Source of the DNA: Cyanophora paradoxa CCMP329
Taxonomy: Eukaryota; Plantae; Glaucophyta
Direction: 5' to 3'
NCBI GenBank assembly: GCA_004431415.1
Contig: QPMI01000059.1
Location: 1-64,000, forward strand
DNA: 64,000 bases
Part shown: positions 11,404 to 24,200 of the stretch, piece by piece
Numbering within the stretch: the stretch's first letter is position 1
Layout of the letters: each line of letters opens with the position of its first letter
Program-made: the position numbers and the translations under genes
The notes under the pieces: model-generated
What the model was told of the DNA's origin: nothing
The model's input: only the letters and a program-made list of their open reading frames with translations
Database searches by the model: none

Positions 11404-13789
11404 CAAGATCCGTGCTCCTGCGGAGCACTAAGTACGGCGAAGCCTCGCGGACGCCCTCGCGGCTGTCACAGTAGGCCTATAGGGCACTGGCCAGCGGCCT
11501 GGCCGATCGCGAACAGCTTTCTGGTTGGAAGCTGGCCGGCTGACGGCCAGTCCAGCTACCGCTGGCCGGCTAGAGGAATATAACTAGAGGAATATTAATG
11601 TACTGAGGAAATAAAGGGAGGCCGGAGCAGGTTGAGATTAGAGGAGATGAATTATATATAATATTGTTGAGAGGGAGGCCCGGGAGGGGCAAGGTTCTCG
11701 CGGCCAGGCGCATGCACAGAGCTTGCGAATCGCTTAAACAGAATCTTGAATGCATATAGCTATAGCATCGATGTGCGGGGCTGCGGAGGCGAGCGCGTGC
11801 GGAAAGATGTGCAGGTCCATGCAGGATCGAATTTTCGGGGTCGGCTGGGTCCTCGCGGCCCGTCGCATACGCAAAGCGTGCGGAAGACTTTGCCTACATC
11901 TTAAATGCTTATGCTATCGTTCCGCGCATGCGCCGCGGCGTGGGCGCGCGGAAAGATGTCAGGGCGCGTGCAGGATCGAATTTTGGCCGTCGGGTACCTT
12001 CCTGCGCTGTTCCGGCTCCGAAAAGCGGATTTCGGGGGTGCGCAGGCCCTGCTATGTCCATGCGCGCCAGTACGCATCGATTGCGCGCGTCGCGGGACCG
12101 GGCGGGACCGGCTAGCGCTGGATCAAATTTTCGGCCGACTCTTCGCACTGGAGCGTCGACGGCGCTTGAAATCGAGCTTGCGGCGATGCGCTCGCCCTCG
12201 CGCGGCATTCTGTATCGTTCTGGGGCGTCCCTGGCGCGATTTCGTCGCGGGACCGGGCGGGACCGGGTCCCACCTTCTGACTCGGACTGCATTTGTCGGA
12301 GGTTAAGTACCGGAATTGATCCAGAGGGAAATTCGATTTTCGCGCGACGCCCACGGGCGAGCGGTCGTCTTAGGGGAGCCACGACGCTAAAAATGGATCT
12401 AGAGAGGTCTGTGGGGTTAGGGTAGCTGAGTCATTAGCGGCAATCGCGTCCGTGTCGAGGCAGAATTAATAATTCGTCCTCGAGGGAGTGCGACGCGGAA
12501 ATTATTTAGCAGGGGGGATCTTGAGTGGAAAAAAAGGTTAAAAAAGGAATTTATATCGGCGGTTTTTGGGTTTGAGACAAGATCCGTGCTCCTGCGGAGC
12601 ACTAAGTACGGCGAAGCCTCGCGGACGCCCTCGCGGCTGTCACAGTAGGCCTATAGGGCACTGGCCAGCGGCCTGGCCGATCGCGAACAGCTTTCTGGTT
12701 GGAAGCTGGCCGGCTGACGGCCAGTCCAGCTACCGCTGGCCGGCTAGAGGAATATAACTAGAGGAATATTAATGTACTGAGGAAATAAAGGGAGGCCGGA
12801 GCAGGTTGAGATTAGAGGAGATGAATTATATATAATATTGTTGAGAGGGAGGCCCGGGAGGGGCAAGGTTCTCGCGGCCAGGCGCATGCACAGAGCTTGC
12901 GAATCGCTTAAACAGAATCTTGAATGCATATAGCTATAGCATCGATGTGCGGGGCTGCGGAGCTCGAGGCGAGGGCGCGCGGAAAGATGTGCAGGTCCAT
13001 GCAGGATCGAATTTTCGGGGTCGGCTGGGTCCTCGCGGCCCGTCGCATACGCAAAGCGTGCGGAAGACTTTGCCTACATCTTAAATGCTTATGCTATCGT
13101 TCCGCGCATGCGCCGCGGCGTGGGCGCGCGGAAAGATGTCAGGGCGCGTGCAGGATCGAATTTTGGCCGTCGGGTACCTTCCTGCGCTGTTCCGGCTCCG
13201 AAAAGCGGATTTCGGGGGTGCGCAGGCCCTGCTATGTCCATGCGCGCCAGTACGCATCGATTGCGCGCGTCGCGGGACCGGGCGGGACCGGCTAGCGCTG
13301 GATCAAATTTTCGGCCGACTCTTCGCACTGGAGCGTCGACGGCGCTTGAAATCGAGCTTGCGGCGATGCGCTCGCCCTCGCGCGGCATTCTGTATCGTTC
13401 TGGGGCGTCCCTGGCGCGATTTCGTCGCGGGACCGGGCGGGACCGGGTCCCCACTTCTGACTCGGACTGCATTTGTCGGAGGTTAAGTACCGGAATTGAT
13501 CCAGAGGGAAATTCGATTTTCGCGCGACGCCCACGGGCGAGCGGTCGTCTTAGGGAGCCACGACGCTAAAAATGGATCTAGAGAGGTCTGTGGGGGTTAG
13601 GGTAGCTGAGTCATTAGCGGCAATCGCGTCCGTGTCGAGGCAGAATTAATAATTCGTCCTCGAGGGAGTGCGACGCGGAAATTATTTAGCAGGGGGGATC
13701 TTGAGTGGAAAAAAAGGTTAAAAAAGGAATTTATATCGGCGGTTTTTGGGTTTGAGAAAGAGGCTTCGCCTGAAAGAGGCTTCGCCTGA
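11404..13789 (-). mobile_element. Non-autonomous Helentron/Helitron2-like element, dimer (E1; halves join at 12577/12578)
   Basis: The other array copies show the empty site AAATTAAA|TTGCCC, so there is no TSD and no deletion. On the minus strand the element reads 5'-TCA GGCGAAGCCTC ... GAGGCTTCGCC GTACTTA GTGCTCC-GCA-GGAGCAC GGATCTTG-3': 11-bp asymmetric inverted repeats, a 3' hairpin, and insertion at a T-run. Confidence 0.85.
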
Positions 13790-13862
13790 TTGCCCTTTCG
13801 CGAATTAATTCTCAGGATCCTCGAGCTCTTCTTCGAATCCAGCTTCGAATTTGGCGCGAAAA

Positions 13863-16839
13863 CAAGATCCGTGCTCCTGCGGAGCACTAAGTACGGCGAA
13901 GCCTCGCGGACGCCCTCGCGGCTGTCACAGTAGGCGGGCAGCTGCAGCCCCGCCCAGTTGCATGGCCGGGCTTCAAAAGTTTCGCCGGCTTGGCACTGGG
14001 GCAATGGGCTGGCCCGCTATAGCCAGCTCGAGGGAGAGCTCGCTGGCCAGGGAGCAATGTAATGAGGAGAGCGAATATATAATGAACTAGGGGAGGAGTT
14101 GAACCGGTAACTCTTGCTTTTAACTGGTGGAGCAGATTGATAGGAGATTTATTTAATATTAATGTATTGTTGGGGGGGAGGCCCGGGAGGGGCGAGGTTC
14201 TCGCGGCCAGGCGCATGCACAGAGCTTGCGAATCGCTTAAACACAATCTCGAATGCATATAGCATCGATGTGCGGGGCTGCGGAGGCGAGGGCGCGCGGA
14301 AAGACGTGCAGGTCCATGCAGGATCGAATTTTCGGGGTCGGCTGAATTCTCGCGCCCTGTCGCGCCCTTGGGGCTTGCATTACGCTTTGAAAAGCTCTCA
14401 AATGAATATTATAGCGATGCCCATGCATGAGGACGCGAGGGCGCGCGGAACGCGGTTCAGTTCCCTCAAGGATCGAATTTTCGGGTCGGCTGGGTCCCCG
14501 CGGCCCGGCGCATCTGCAAAGCGCGCGGAACGCTTGATCTACATCTCAAATGCTTATGCTATTGTTCCGCGCATGCGCCGTGGCGTGGGCGCGCGGAAAG
14601 ATGTCCAGGCGTGTGCAGGATCGAATTTTTGCCGTCGGCTGGGTTCTCGTGCTCTTTCGCGTCTTCAAAGCTTGTGGAAAACTTTGATAAAATCTCAAAT
14701 GAATATTGCGACGATGCGCATGCGCGAGAATGCGAGGGCGCGCGGAAAGATGTTCAGGTCTGTCAAGGATCGAATTTTCGGGGTCGGCTGGGTGCTCGTG
14801 ACCTGGTGCATTTAGACACCGTGCGGAAGTCTTTCTCTACATCTTAAATGGTTATGCTATCGTTCCGCGCATGCGCCGCGGCGTGGGCGCGCGGAAAGAT
14901 GTCCGGGTCTGTCCAGGATCGGATTTTTGCTGTCCGGTACCTTCCTGCGCTGCTCCGGGTTCGAAAAGCGGATTTCGGGGTGCGCGGGCCCTGGTATGTC
15001 TATGCGCGCCAGTACGCATCGATTGCGCGCGTCGCGGGACCGGCCGGAACCGGCCGGATCAAATTTTCGGCCGACTCTTCGCACTGGAGCGTCGACGGCG
15101 CCCAAAATCGAGCTTGCGGCGATGCGCTCGCCCTCGCGCGTCATTCTGTATCGTTCTGGGCGTCCCTGGCGCGATTTCGTCGCGGGACCGGGCGGGACCG
15201 GGTCCCACCTTCGGACTCGGACTGCATTTGTCGGAGGTTAAGTACCGGAATTGATCCAGAGGGAAATTCGATTTTCGCGGGATGCCTACGGGGGAGCGGT
15301 CGTCTTTGGGCAGCCACGACGCTAAAAATGGATCTAGAGAGGTCTGTGGGGGTTCGTGTGGGTGTGTGACTAGCAGCAATCGCGTCCGTGTCGAGGCAGA
15401 ATTATTAATTCTGCCTCGAGGGAGTGCGACACGGGAATTATTTAGCAGGGGGGATCTTGAGTGGAAAAAAAGGTTAAAAAAGGAATTTAGATCGTCGGTT
15501 TTTGGGTTTGAGACAAGATCCGTGCTCCTGCGGAGCACTAAGTACGGCGAAGCCTCGCGGACGCTCTCGCGGCTGTCACAGTAGGCCCGCGGAAAGGTCT
15601 GCAGGTCTGTAGAGGATCGAATTTTCGGGGTGGGCTGGGTCCTCGCGGCCCGGCGCAGCTATAAAGCGTGCGGAAGGCTTCTTCTACATCTCAAATGCTT
15701 ATGCTATTGTTCCGCGCATGCGCCGCGGCATGAGTGCGCGGAAAGATGTCCAGGCCGGTGCAGGATCAAATTTTTGCCGTCGGGTACCTTCGTGCGCTGT
15801 TCGGCATCCGAAAAGCGGATTTCGTGGGTGCGCAGGCCCTGCTATGTCTATGCGCGCCAGTGCGCATGGATTGCGCGCGTCGCGGGACCGGGTGGGACCG
15901 GCCGGATCAAATTTTCGGCCGACTCTTCGCACTGGAGCGTCGACGGCGCCCGAAATCGAGCTTGCGGCGATGCGCTCGCCCTCGCGCGTCACTCCGTATC
16001 GTTCTGGGGCGTCCCTGGCGCGATTTCGTCGCGGGACCGCGGAAAGGTCTGCAGGTCTGTAGAGGATCGAATTTTCGGGGTCGGCTAGGTCCTCGCGGCC
16101 TGGTGCATTTATAAAGCGTGCGGAAGTCTTCTTGTACATCTTAAATGCTTATGCTATCGTTCCGCGCGTGCGCCGCGGCGCGGGCGCGCGGAAAGATGTC
16201 CGGGCCTGTGCAGGATCGAATTTTTGCTGTCGGGTACCTTCCTGCGCTGTTCGGCCTCTGAAAAGCGGATTTCGGGGTGCGCAGGCCCTGCTATTTCTAT
16301 GCGCGCTCGTACGCATCGTTTGTGCGCTTCGCGGGACCGGCCGGAACCGGCCGGATCAAATTTTCGGGCGACTGTTCGCACTGGAGCGTCGAGGGCGCCC
16401 GAAATCGAGCTTGCGGCGATGCGCTCGCCCTCGCGCGTCATTCTGTATCGCTCTGGGCGTCCCTGGCGCGATTTCGTCGCGGGACCGGGCGGGACCGGTC
16501 CCACCTTCTGACTCGGACTGCATTTGTCGGAGGTTAAGTACCGGAATTGATCCAGAGGGAAATTCGATTTTCGCGGGACGCCCACGGGGAGCGGTCGTCT
16601 TAGGGAGCCAGGACGCTAAAAATGGATCTAGAGAGGTCTGTGGGGGTTCGGGTGGGTGTGTGACTAGCGGCAATCGCGTCCGTGTCGAGGCAGAATTAAT
16701 AATTCTGGCTCGAGGGAGTGCGACACGGAAATTATTTAGCAGGGGGGATCTCGAGTGGAAAAAAAGGTTAAAAAAGGAATTTAGATCGTCGGTTTTTGGG
16801 TTTGAGAAAGAGGCTTCGCCTGAAAGAGGCTTCGCCTGA
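13863..16839 (-). mobile_element. Non-autonomous Helentron/Helitron2-like element, dimer (E2; halves join at 15513/15514), with ~149-bp internal tandem repeats
   Basis: Same termini as E1. Empty site GGCGCGAAAA|CGCGTAC in the sister array copies, no TSD. AGGATCGAATTTT-like motif recurs near 14320, 14469, 14617, 14767 and 14915. Confidence 0.85.
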
Positions 16840-19800
16840 CGCGTACGCGATCGACATTGACCGCGCGATGCCGCCGAGGAAGCGCGTGCACAAGCAAGCG
16901 AATTCGAAGCAGTTGCAGACGACGGAGGCCATCGCGAATGCGGCGACGAACCTTCCAGGTCTAGAAGCGCTGGCGAATCTTGACCTCGAGCAGCTGCCCG
17001 GTGCGTGCGTGCGCGCTTGCCTGTACATGTGCCACGAAATTGACACGAAACTCGCAGATGACGTTCTTCTCGCCGTTTACCGCGGTGTAGTGCGAACGGA
17101 AGGCGTCTGCGGGCTCGTCCGCTCCCTTGGAGCCGCTTCTCGACGCCTTCGGCATCTCTGTTGGCAGCCTGAGTTCTTCGAGGAGCCCGAGCTCGCGATC
17201 GGGTGCGGAGTCCTCCTAATTATGACCCATGTCGACGTCCTTCGAATTCGACGTTAGATCTAGAATATTAATAGGAGGGAAGAGAGAGGATCGAGGGGAT
17301 CGCTTTAAAATTGCTTCGAGCTCGAGGGCCTAGCTCTTTTTCGAGGGCCCTGCATTGATTCTAGCTATATAGCTCGCCTTTTTGCGAAATTAAATTGCCC
17401 TTTCGCGAATTAATTCTCAGGATCCTCGAGCTCTTCTTCGAATCCAGCTTCGAATTTGGCGCGAAAACGCGTACGCGATCGACATTGACCGCGCGATGCC
17501 GCCGAGGAAGCGCGTGCACAAGCAAGCGAATTCGAAGCAGTTGCAGACGACGGAGGCCATCGCGAATGCGGCGACGAACCTTCCAGGTCTAGAAGCGCTG
17601 GCGAATCTTGACCTCGAGCAGCTGCCCGGTGCGTGCGTGCGCGCTTGCCTGTACATGTGCCACGAAATTGACACGAAACTCGCAGATGACGTTCTTCTCG
17701 CCGTTTACCGCGGTGTAGTGCGAACGGAAGGCGTCTGCGGGCTCGTCCGCTCCCTTGGAGCCGCTTCTCGACGCCTTCGGCATCTCTGTTGGCAGCCTGA
17801 GTTCTTCGAGGAGCCCGAGCTCGCGATCGGGTGCGGAGTCCTCCTAATTATGACCCATGTCGACGTCCTTCGAATTCGACGTTAGATCTAGAATATTAAT
17901 AGGAGGAAGAGAGAGGATCGAGGGGGATCGCTTTAAAATTGCTTCGAGCTCGAGGCCTAGCTCTTTTTCGAGGGCCCTGCATTGATTCTAGCTATATAGC
18001 TCGCCCTTTTTGCGAAATTAAATTGCCCTTTCGCGAATTAATTCTCAGGATCCTCGAGCTCTTCTTCGAATCCAGCTTCGAATTTGGCGCGAAAACGCGT
18101 ACGCGATCGACATTGACCGCGCGATGCCGCCGAGGAAGCGCGTGCACAAGCAAGCGAATTCGAAGCAGTTGCAGACGACGGAGGCCATCGCGAATGCGGC
18201 GACGAACCTTCCAGGTCTAGAAGCGCTGGCGAATCTTGACCTCGAGCAGCTGCCCGGTGCGTGCGTGCGCGCTTGCCTGTACATGTGCCACGAAATTGAC
18301 ACGAAACTCGCAGATGACGTTCTTCTCGCCGTTTACCGCGGTGTAGTGCGAACGGAAGGCGTCTGCGGGCTCGTCCGCTCCCTTGGAGCCGCTTCTCGAC
18401 GCCTTCGGCATCTCTGTTGGCAGCCTGAGTTCTTCGAGGAGCCCGAGCTCGCGATCGGGGTGCGGAGTCCTCCTAATTATGACCCATGTCGACGTCCTTC
18501 GAATTCGACGTTAGATCTAGAATATTAATAGGAGGGAAGAGAGAGGATCGAGGGGGATCGCTTTAAAATTGCTTCGAGCTCGAGGGCCTAGCTCTTTTTC
18601 GAGGGCCCTGCATTGATTCTAGCTATATAGCTCGCCCTTTTTGCGAAATTAAATTGCCCTTTCGCGAATTAATTCTCAGGATCCTCGAGCTCTTCTTCGA
18701 ATCCAGCTTCGAATTTGGCGCGAAAACGCGTACGCGATCGACATTGACCGCGCGATGCCGCCGAGGAAGCGCGTGCACAAGCAAGCGAATTCGAAGCAGT
18801 TGCAGACGACGGAGGCCATCGCGAATGCGGCGACGAACCTTCCAGGTCTAGAAGCGCTGGCGAATCTTGACCTCGAGCAGCTGCCCGGTGCGTGCGTGCG
18901 CGCTTGCCTGTACATGTGCCACGAAATTGACACGAAACTCGCAGATGACGTTCTTCTCGCCGTTTACCGCGGTGTAGTGCGAACGGAAGGCGTCTGCGGG
19001 CTCGTCCGCTCCCTTGGAGCCGCTTCTCGACGCCTTCGGCATCTCTGTTGGCAGCCTGAGTTCTTCGAGGAGCCCGAGCTCGCGATCGGGGTGCGGAGTC
19101 CTCCTAATTATGACCCATGTCGACGTCCTTCGAATTCGACGTTAGATCTAGAATATTAATAGGAGGGAAGAGAGAGGATCGAGGGGGATCGCTTTAAAAT
19201 TGCTTCGAGCTCGAGGGCCTAGCTCTTTTTCGAGGGCCCTGCATTGATTCTAGCTATATAGCTCGCCCTTTTTGCGAAATTAAATTGCCCTTTCGCGAAT
19301 TAATTCTCAGGATCCTCGAGCTCTTCTTCGAATCCAGCTTCGAATTTGGCGCGAAAACGCGTACGCGATCGACATTGACCGCGCGATGCCGCCGAGGAAG
19401 CGCGTGCACAAGCAAGCGAATTCGAAGCAGTTGCAGACGACGGAGGCCATCGCGAATGCGGCGACGAACCTTCCAGGTCTAGAAGCGCTGGCGAATCTTG
19501 ACCTCGAGCAGCTGCCCGGTGCGTGCGTGCGCGCTTGCCTGTACATGTGCCACGAAATTGACACGAAACTCGCAGATGACGTTCTTCTCGCCGTTTACCG
19601 CGGTGTAGTGCGAACGGAAGGCGTCTGCGGGCTCGTCCGCTCCTTGGAGCCGCTTCTCGACGCCTTCGGCATCTCTGTTGGCAGCCTGAGTTCTTCGAGG
19701 AGCCCGAGCTCGCGATCGGGGTGCGGAGTCCTCCTAATTATGACCCATGTCGACGTCCTTCGAATTCGACGTTAGATCTAGAATATTAATAGGAGGGAAG

Positions 19801-21272
19801 AGAGAGGATCGAGGGGGATCGCTTTAAAATTGCTTCGAGCTCGAGGGCCTAGCTCTTTTTCGAGGGCCCTGCATTGATTCTAGCTATATAGCTCGCCCTT
19901 TTTGCGAAATTAAATTGCCCTTTCGCGAATTAATTCTCAGGATCCTCGAGCTCTTCTTCGAATCCAGCTTCGAATTTGGCGCGAAAACGCGTACGCGATC
20001 GACATTGACCGCGCGATGCCGCCGAGGAAGCGCGTGCACAAGCAAGCGAATTCGAAGCAGTTGCAGACGACGGAGGCCATCGCGAATGCGGCGACGAACC
20101 TTCCAGGTCTAGAAGCGCTGGCGAATCTTGACCTCGAGCAGCTGCCCGGTGCGTGCGTGCGCGCTTGCCTGTACATGTGCCACGAAATTGACACGAAACT
20201 CGCAGATGACGTTCTTCTCGCCGTTTACCGCGGTGTAGTGCGAACGGAAGGCGTCTGCGGGCTCGTCCGCTCCCTTGGAGCCGCTTCTCGACGCCTTCGG
20301 CATCTCTGTTGGCAGCCTGAGTTCTTCGAGGAGCCCGAGCTCGCGATCGGGTGCGGAGTCCTCCTAATTATGACCCATGTCGACGTCCTTCGAATTCGAC
20401 GTTAGATCTAGAATATTAATAGGAGGGAAGAGAGAGGATCGAGGGGATCGCTTTAAAATTGCTTCGAGCTCGAGGGCCTAGCTCTTTTTCGAGGGCCCTG
20501 CATTGATTCTAGCTATATAGCTCGCCCTTTTTGCGAAATTAAATTGCCCTTTCGCGAATTAATTCTCAGGATCCTCGAGCTCTTCTTCGAATCCAGCTTC
20601 GAATTTGGCGCGAAAACGCGTACGCGATCGACATTGACCGCGCGATGCCGCCGAGGAAGCGCGTGCACAAGCAAGCGAATTCGAAGCAGTTGCAGACGAC
20701 GGAGGCCATCGCGAATGCGGCGACGAACCTTCCAGGTCTAGAAGCGCTGGCGAATCTTGACCTCGAGCAGCTGCCCGGTGCGTGCGTGCGCGCTTGCCTG
20801 TACATGTGCCACGAAATTGACACGAAACTCGCAGATGACGTTCTTCTCGCCGTTTACCGCGGTGTAGTGCGAACGGAAGGCGTCTGCGGGCTCGTCCGCT
20901 CCCTTGGAGCCGCTTCTCGACGCCTTCGGCATCTCTGTTGGCAGCCTGAGTTCTTCGAGGAGCCCGAGCTCGCGATCGGGTGCGGAGTCCTCCTAATTAT
21001 GACCCATGTCGACGTCCTTCGAATTCGACGTTAGATCTAGAATATTAATAGGAGGGAAGAGAGAGGATCGAGGGGATCGCTTTAAAATTGCTTCGAGCTC
21101 GAGGGCCTAGCTCTTTTTCGAGGGCCCTGCATTGATTCTAGCTATATAGCTCGCCCTTTTGCGAAATTAAATTGCCCTTTCGCGAATTAATTCTCAGGAT
21201 CCTCGAGCTCTTCTTCGAATCCAGCTTCGAATTTGGCGCGAAAACGCGTACGCGATCGACATTGACCGCGCG

Positions 21273-24200
21273 ATGCCGCCGAGGAAGCGCGTGCACAAGC
21301 AAGCGAATTCGAAGCAGTTGCAGACGACGGAGGCCATCGCGAATGCGGCGACGAACCTTCCAGGTCTAGAAGCGCTGGCGAATCTTGACCTCGAGCAGCT
21401 GCCCGGTGCGTGCGTGCGCGCTTGCCTGTACATGTGCCACGAAATTGACACGAAACTCGCAGATGACGTTCTTCTCGCCGTTTACCGCGGTGTAGTGCGA
21501 ACGGAAGGCGTCTGCGGGCTCGTCCGCTCCCTTGGAGCCGCTTCTCGACGCCTTCGGCATCTCTGTTGGCAGCCTGAGTTCTTCGAGGAGCCCGAGCTCG
21601 CGATCGGGGTGCGCTCGCACGCATGCACGCGGGGCTCGGGCTCACGTACACGCTGATCGCGCTCGCGACGTCGCAGCCCGCGCATTCGATAAGCATTCCC
21701 CTCCTCGAATCGTGTTTCAAGCACGCAGGAGTGCACGTCCGAAAGCTCTGCCTCAGCGGCGTTACCGTCGACGCGAAAAATGCGGAGAGCCATGAGTTCT
21801 TGTCGAACGTGCGCGCATATGAGATCGATCGGCTTGCGAATACTTTAATTTGCTTGCAGCTGCTGTGTCGGACGCCTGCGCTTACGCATCTCTCACTGGC
21901 GCACATGAACAGCCCGTTACCTTTGTCTCCAGCTGCAGCTGCGCATGCAGCATCTGCTGCGAGGAGGATCCAGACTGCTGCAGCGAATTCGAACAGGTCC
22001 GGGTCCGAATTCGAAGACGACTCCGCAGGATCCGATCCCGATTACTCCTCCGACGATGATTTCGGCGGCGTAAAGAGCACTGCGAGCTGGAAGCCGGTTT
22101 GACTATATATTATTTATTCAATACTGCGAAATATACATTCGCCCCGAAATCGAAGTGCGAACATTAATCTTCATGGTGCACGCGCATTCGCAAGCGCAGC
22201 TCGTTGCTTGGAAGCTGCCTGTGCCTCCTCTCAAGTCCCTCCACACTCTGAATCTTTCGGACATCATCCTTCCGTCGGATGCGCTGCGCGACGCCATCTC
22301 AGCCACCTGCGCAACCTTGCAATGTCTGATTCTCTCGTGCGCTATGTATTGCAATATAAGTATACGTAGACTCTGAGTCTCTGAGATCTGGAAGCTATCA
22401 AGTATACGTATAATTATAAATTATCTTCTAACTCTGACCGCGTCTTCGGCACGACAGCAACACCCTTGTCAGCCGACCACTCCGCACAAGCAGGGGGTTC
22501 ATGGGCTACGACGACGAGGACGAGGAGGGGACGCACTGGTCATCGGTCCTCTTTCCCCTTTCCAAGATGAAGCGCAAGTGAGCCATATATGCATTCTAAA
22601 TGCTTCAATATTATATAGTACTAGTGTTGCATTGTTTGACCTGCGCCTTGCAGGTTGCCGAATTTGCGCGTCTTGGACTTATCGCACGCGATCGTGGATG
22701 CCGACGCACTCGTCTCTTTCGTGAATAAGCACGCATCGCTCTCCGAACTCTATCTGGTGCTCCTGGGTTGCTCGAATTCGAAGCTGGCAACAGCATTCAA
22801 CTGTCAATATATATACAATTCAATTGCATAAGCTTAAGATGACGCCGACCGGCCCGGCACGCGCAGGCCGAGCTCCGACAACCTCCGGACGATGATGATA
22901 TGGGACCCGAGGACTGGGCCGAGTCCGTCTTATATTTCGCTAGCGCTGAAATATTAATTGCAATTGGGAATTCGAGGAATTCGAGAGCGGTAATGATTAT
23001 GACCGCAGTTTTGTGTGCCTGGAGTCCTGGTACTCGTCCGAGTACTCGTCCACCTTCGCACGCTTCAAGAAGAGAGCCGCGCTCACGATATTCGACAGCG
23101 ACATGTACAGCCAGGCCCGTACTTTGCGCTTGCAATTGTATATATAATTATAACTATAATATATAATTGAATTCGAATTCTAACCGTTGAACGATCACCG
23201 CAGGCAAACGCGCTTTTCGGGGTCTCTGGCCGTCCGGAGACGTCGGCGCAGCCGCTGGAGAAGGCCGGGTCGCTTCTCACCGCTCTATCGCGCGTTTCCG
23301 GCGGCGCCTGCGCGGGTCTCGAAGCGCCGAATCGTGAAGGCCGGACCCCTTTTCTCAGTCCGTTTATACCCAATCGTGATCATTCGTCTGCTCTTATCTA
23401 AATTAAAATGCTTAGTAATGCTCCCCGTGCCCGCTCAGCTGCCGTCGAGAACGGGAACCTGGAGCTCGCCCGCCGCCTCAAAGAAGCCGGCGCCGACCCC
23501 TTGGCCACGTGTCGCCCGTATCCGCACTCCGCCGCCAGCTCCGCCAAGCGCTGGGTGCCATCGTTCTTGTTTTTAAATAGCTAATGTTGAACGCCGTTAA
23601 TAGCTGTAATATATATTGATTGCTCTAATCCGCCAATCCCTTTCAGGGCAGCCCGTTTCCGTTCTTCGCACCCCGCTTCGACACTCAAGATCGCAGCTAC
23701 TCCAAAAGTTCACGATCCATATCCATGTGTGCTTAAAGCTTAAGCTTGCGCCTTGGAGCGATTATTGTTCTTCCTTTGACAAATTCTGCATGCGCAGCTC
23801 TGAGACGCAAAAAGAGAGAGGCGCTTCGGCGTTGCACATTCTTGCAATGCGAGATCCGACCGCGGGGAACATCGATATCAACCCCACTGAGATCGCCGAG
23901 GTTCGAAGTGCTGGCCGCCATGGCCGGTCGGGAAGTCGTATATTGTATAAATTTATAATTAACGTTAGCTACATATATGGTCATCAAGCTTTGCATGACT
24001 TTCGCTGCTGCAGGAGCTCCGTTCTCTGGGGCTTGCTCGCCTCGCGAACGCGCGGACGCAGGCCGGGCAAGGCCCCCTGCACGTGCACGCCGCCCGCGGT
24101 TCCGCCTCCAAATTCGTCATCACTGCTCTTCTCGAACTCGGCTCCGATCCATTTCTGAAGGCACAAGCCCTTGAATTCATTTGAATATCGATCTCGCCTT

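Larger units (their letters stand above)
9321..21612 (+). repeat. Tandem array of 11 near-identical ~630-bp units (upstream region, exon 1, intron 1, F-box exon 2 and the intron-2 donor); copy 4 is split by two transposon insertions; copy 11 continues into the intact gene
   Basis: Unit starts (CGGAGTCCTCC) at 9321, 9952, 10583, 11213, 17206, 17834, 18463, 19094, 19724, 20354, 20983. The ATG of MPPRKRVHKQ is at 9613, 10244, 10874, 16868, 17496, 18124, 18755, 19386, 20016, 20645, 21273. Confidence 0.95.

Noticed and set aside
11404-11412. Terminal CTTG resembling IS91 target or rolling-circle plasmid nick sites
   Set aside because: A four-base match is not evidence of relationship. The empty sites show that CTTG belongs to the element and not to the target.
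11404-16839. Reading the dimeric elements as LTR/TRIM, DIRS or Penelope-like retroelements
   Set aside because: There are no TG..CA ends, primer-binding site or TSD, and I found no hammerhead core (CTGAAAGA is not CUGANGA). The asymmetric inverted repeats, 3' hairpin and T-run target fit Helentron/Helitron2 better. A retro origin is not formally excluded without the autonomous partner.
11570-16839. The many 60-235 aa ORFs inside E1-E4
   Set aside because: They show no Rep, helicase, transposase or RT motifs, and frames break differently between copies. They are by-products of GC-rich repeats.
17196-21160. Frameshift variants between array copies as programmed or phase variation
   Set aside because: They are single-base differences in G/C/T homopolymers, which are typical long-read consensus errors. 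They cannot be told apart from real variants without reads.
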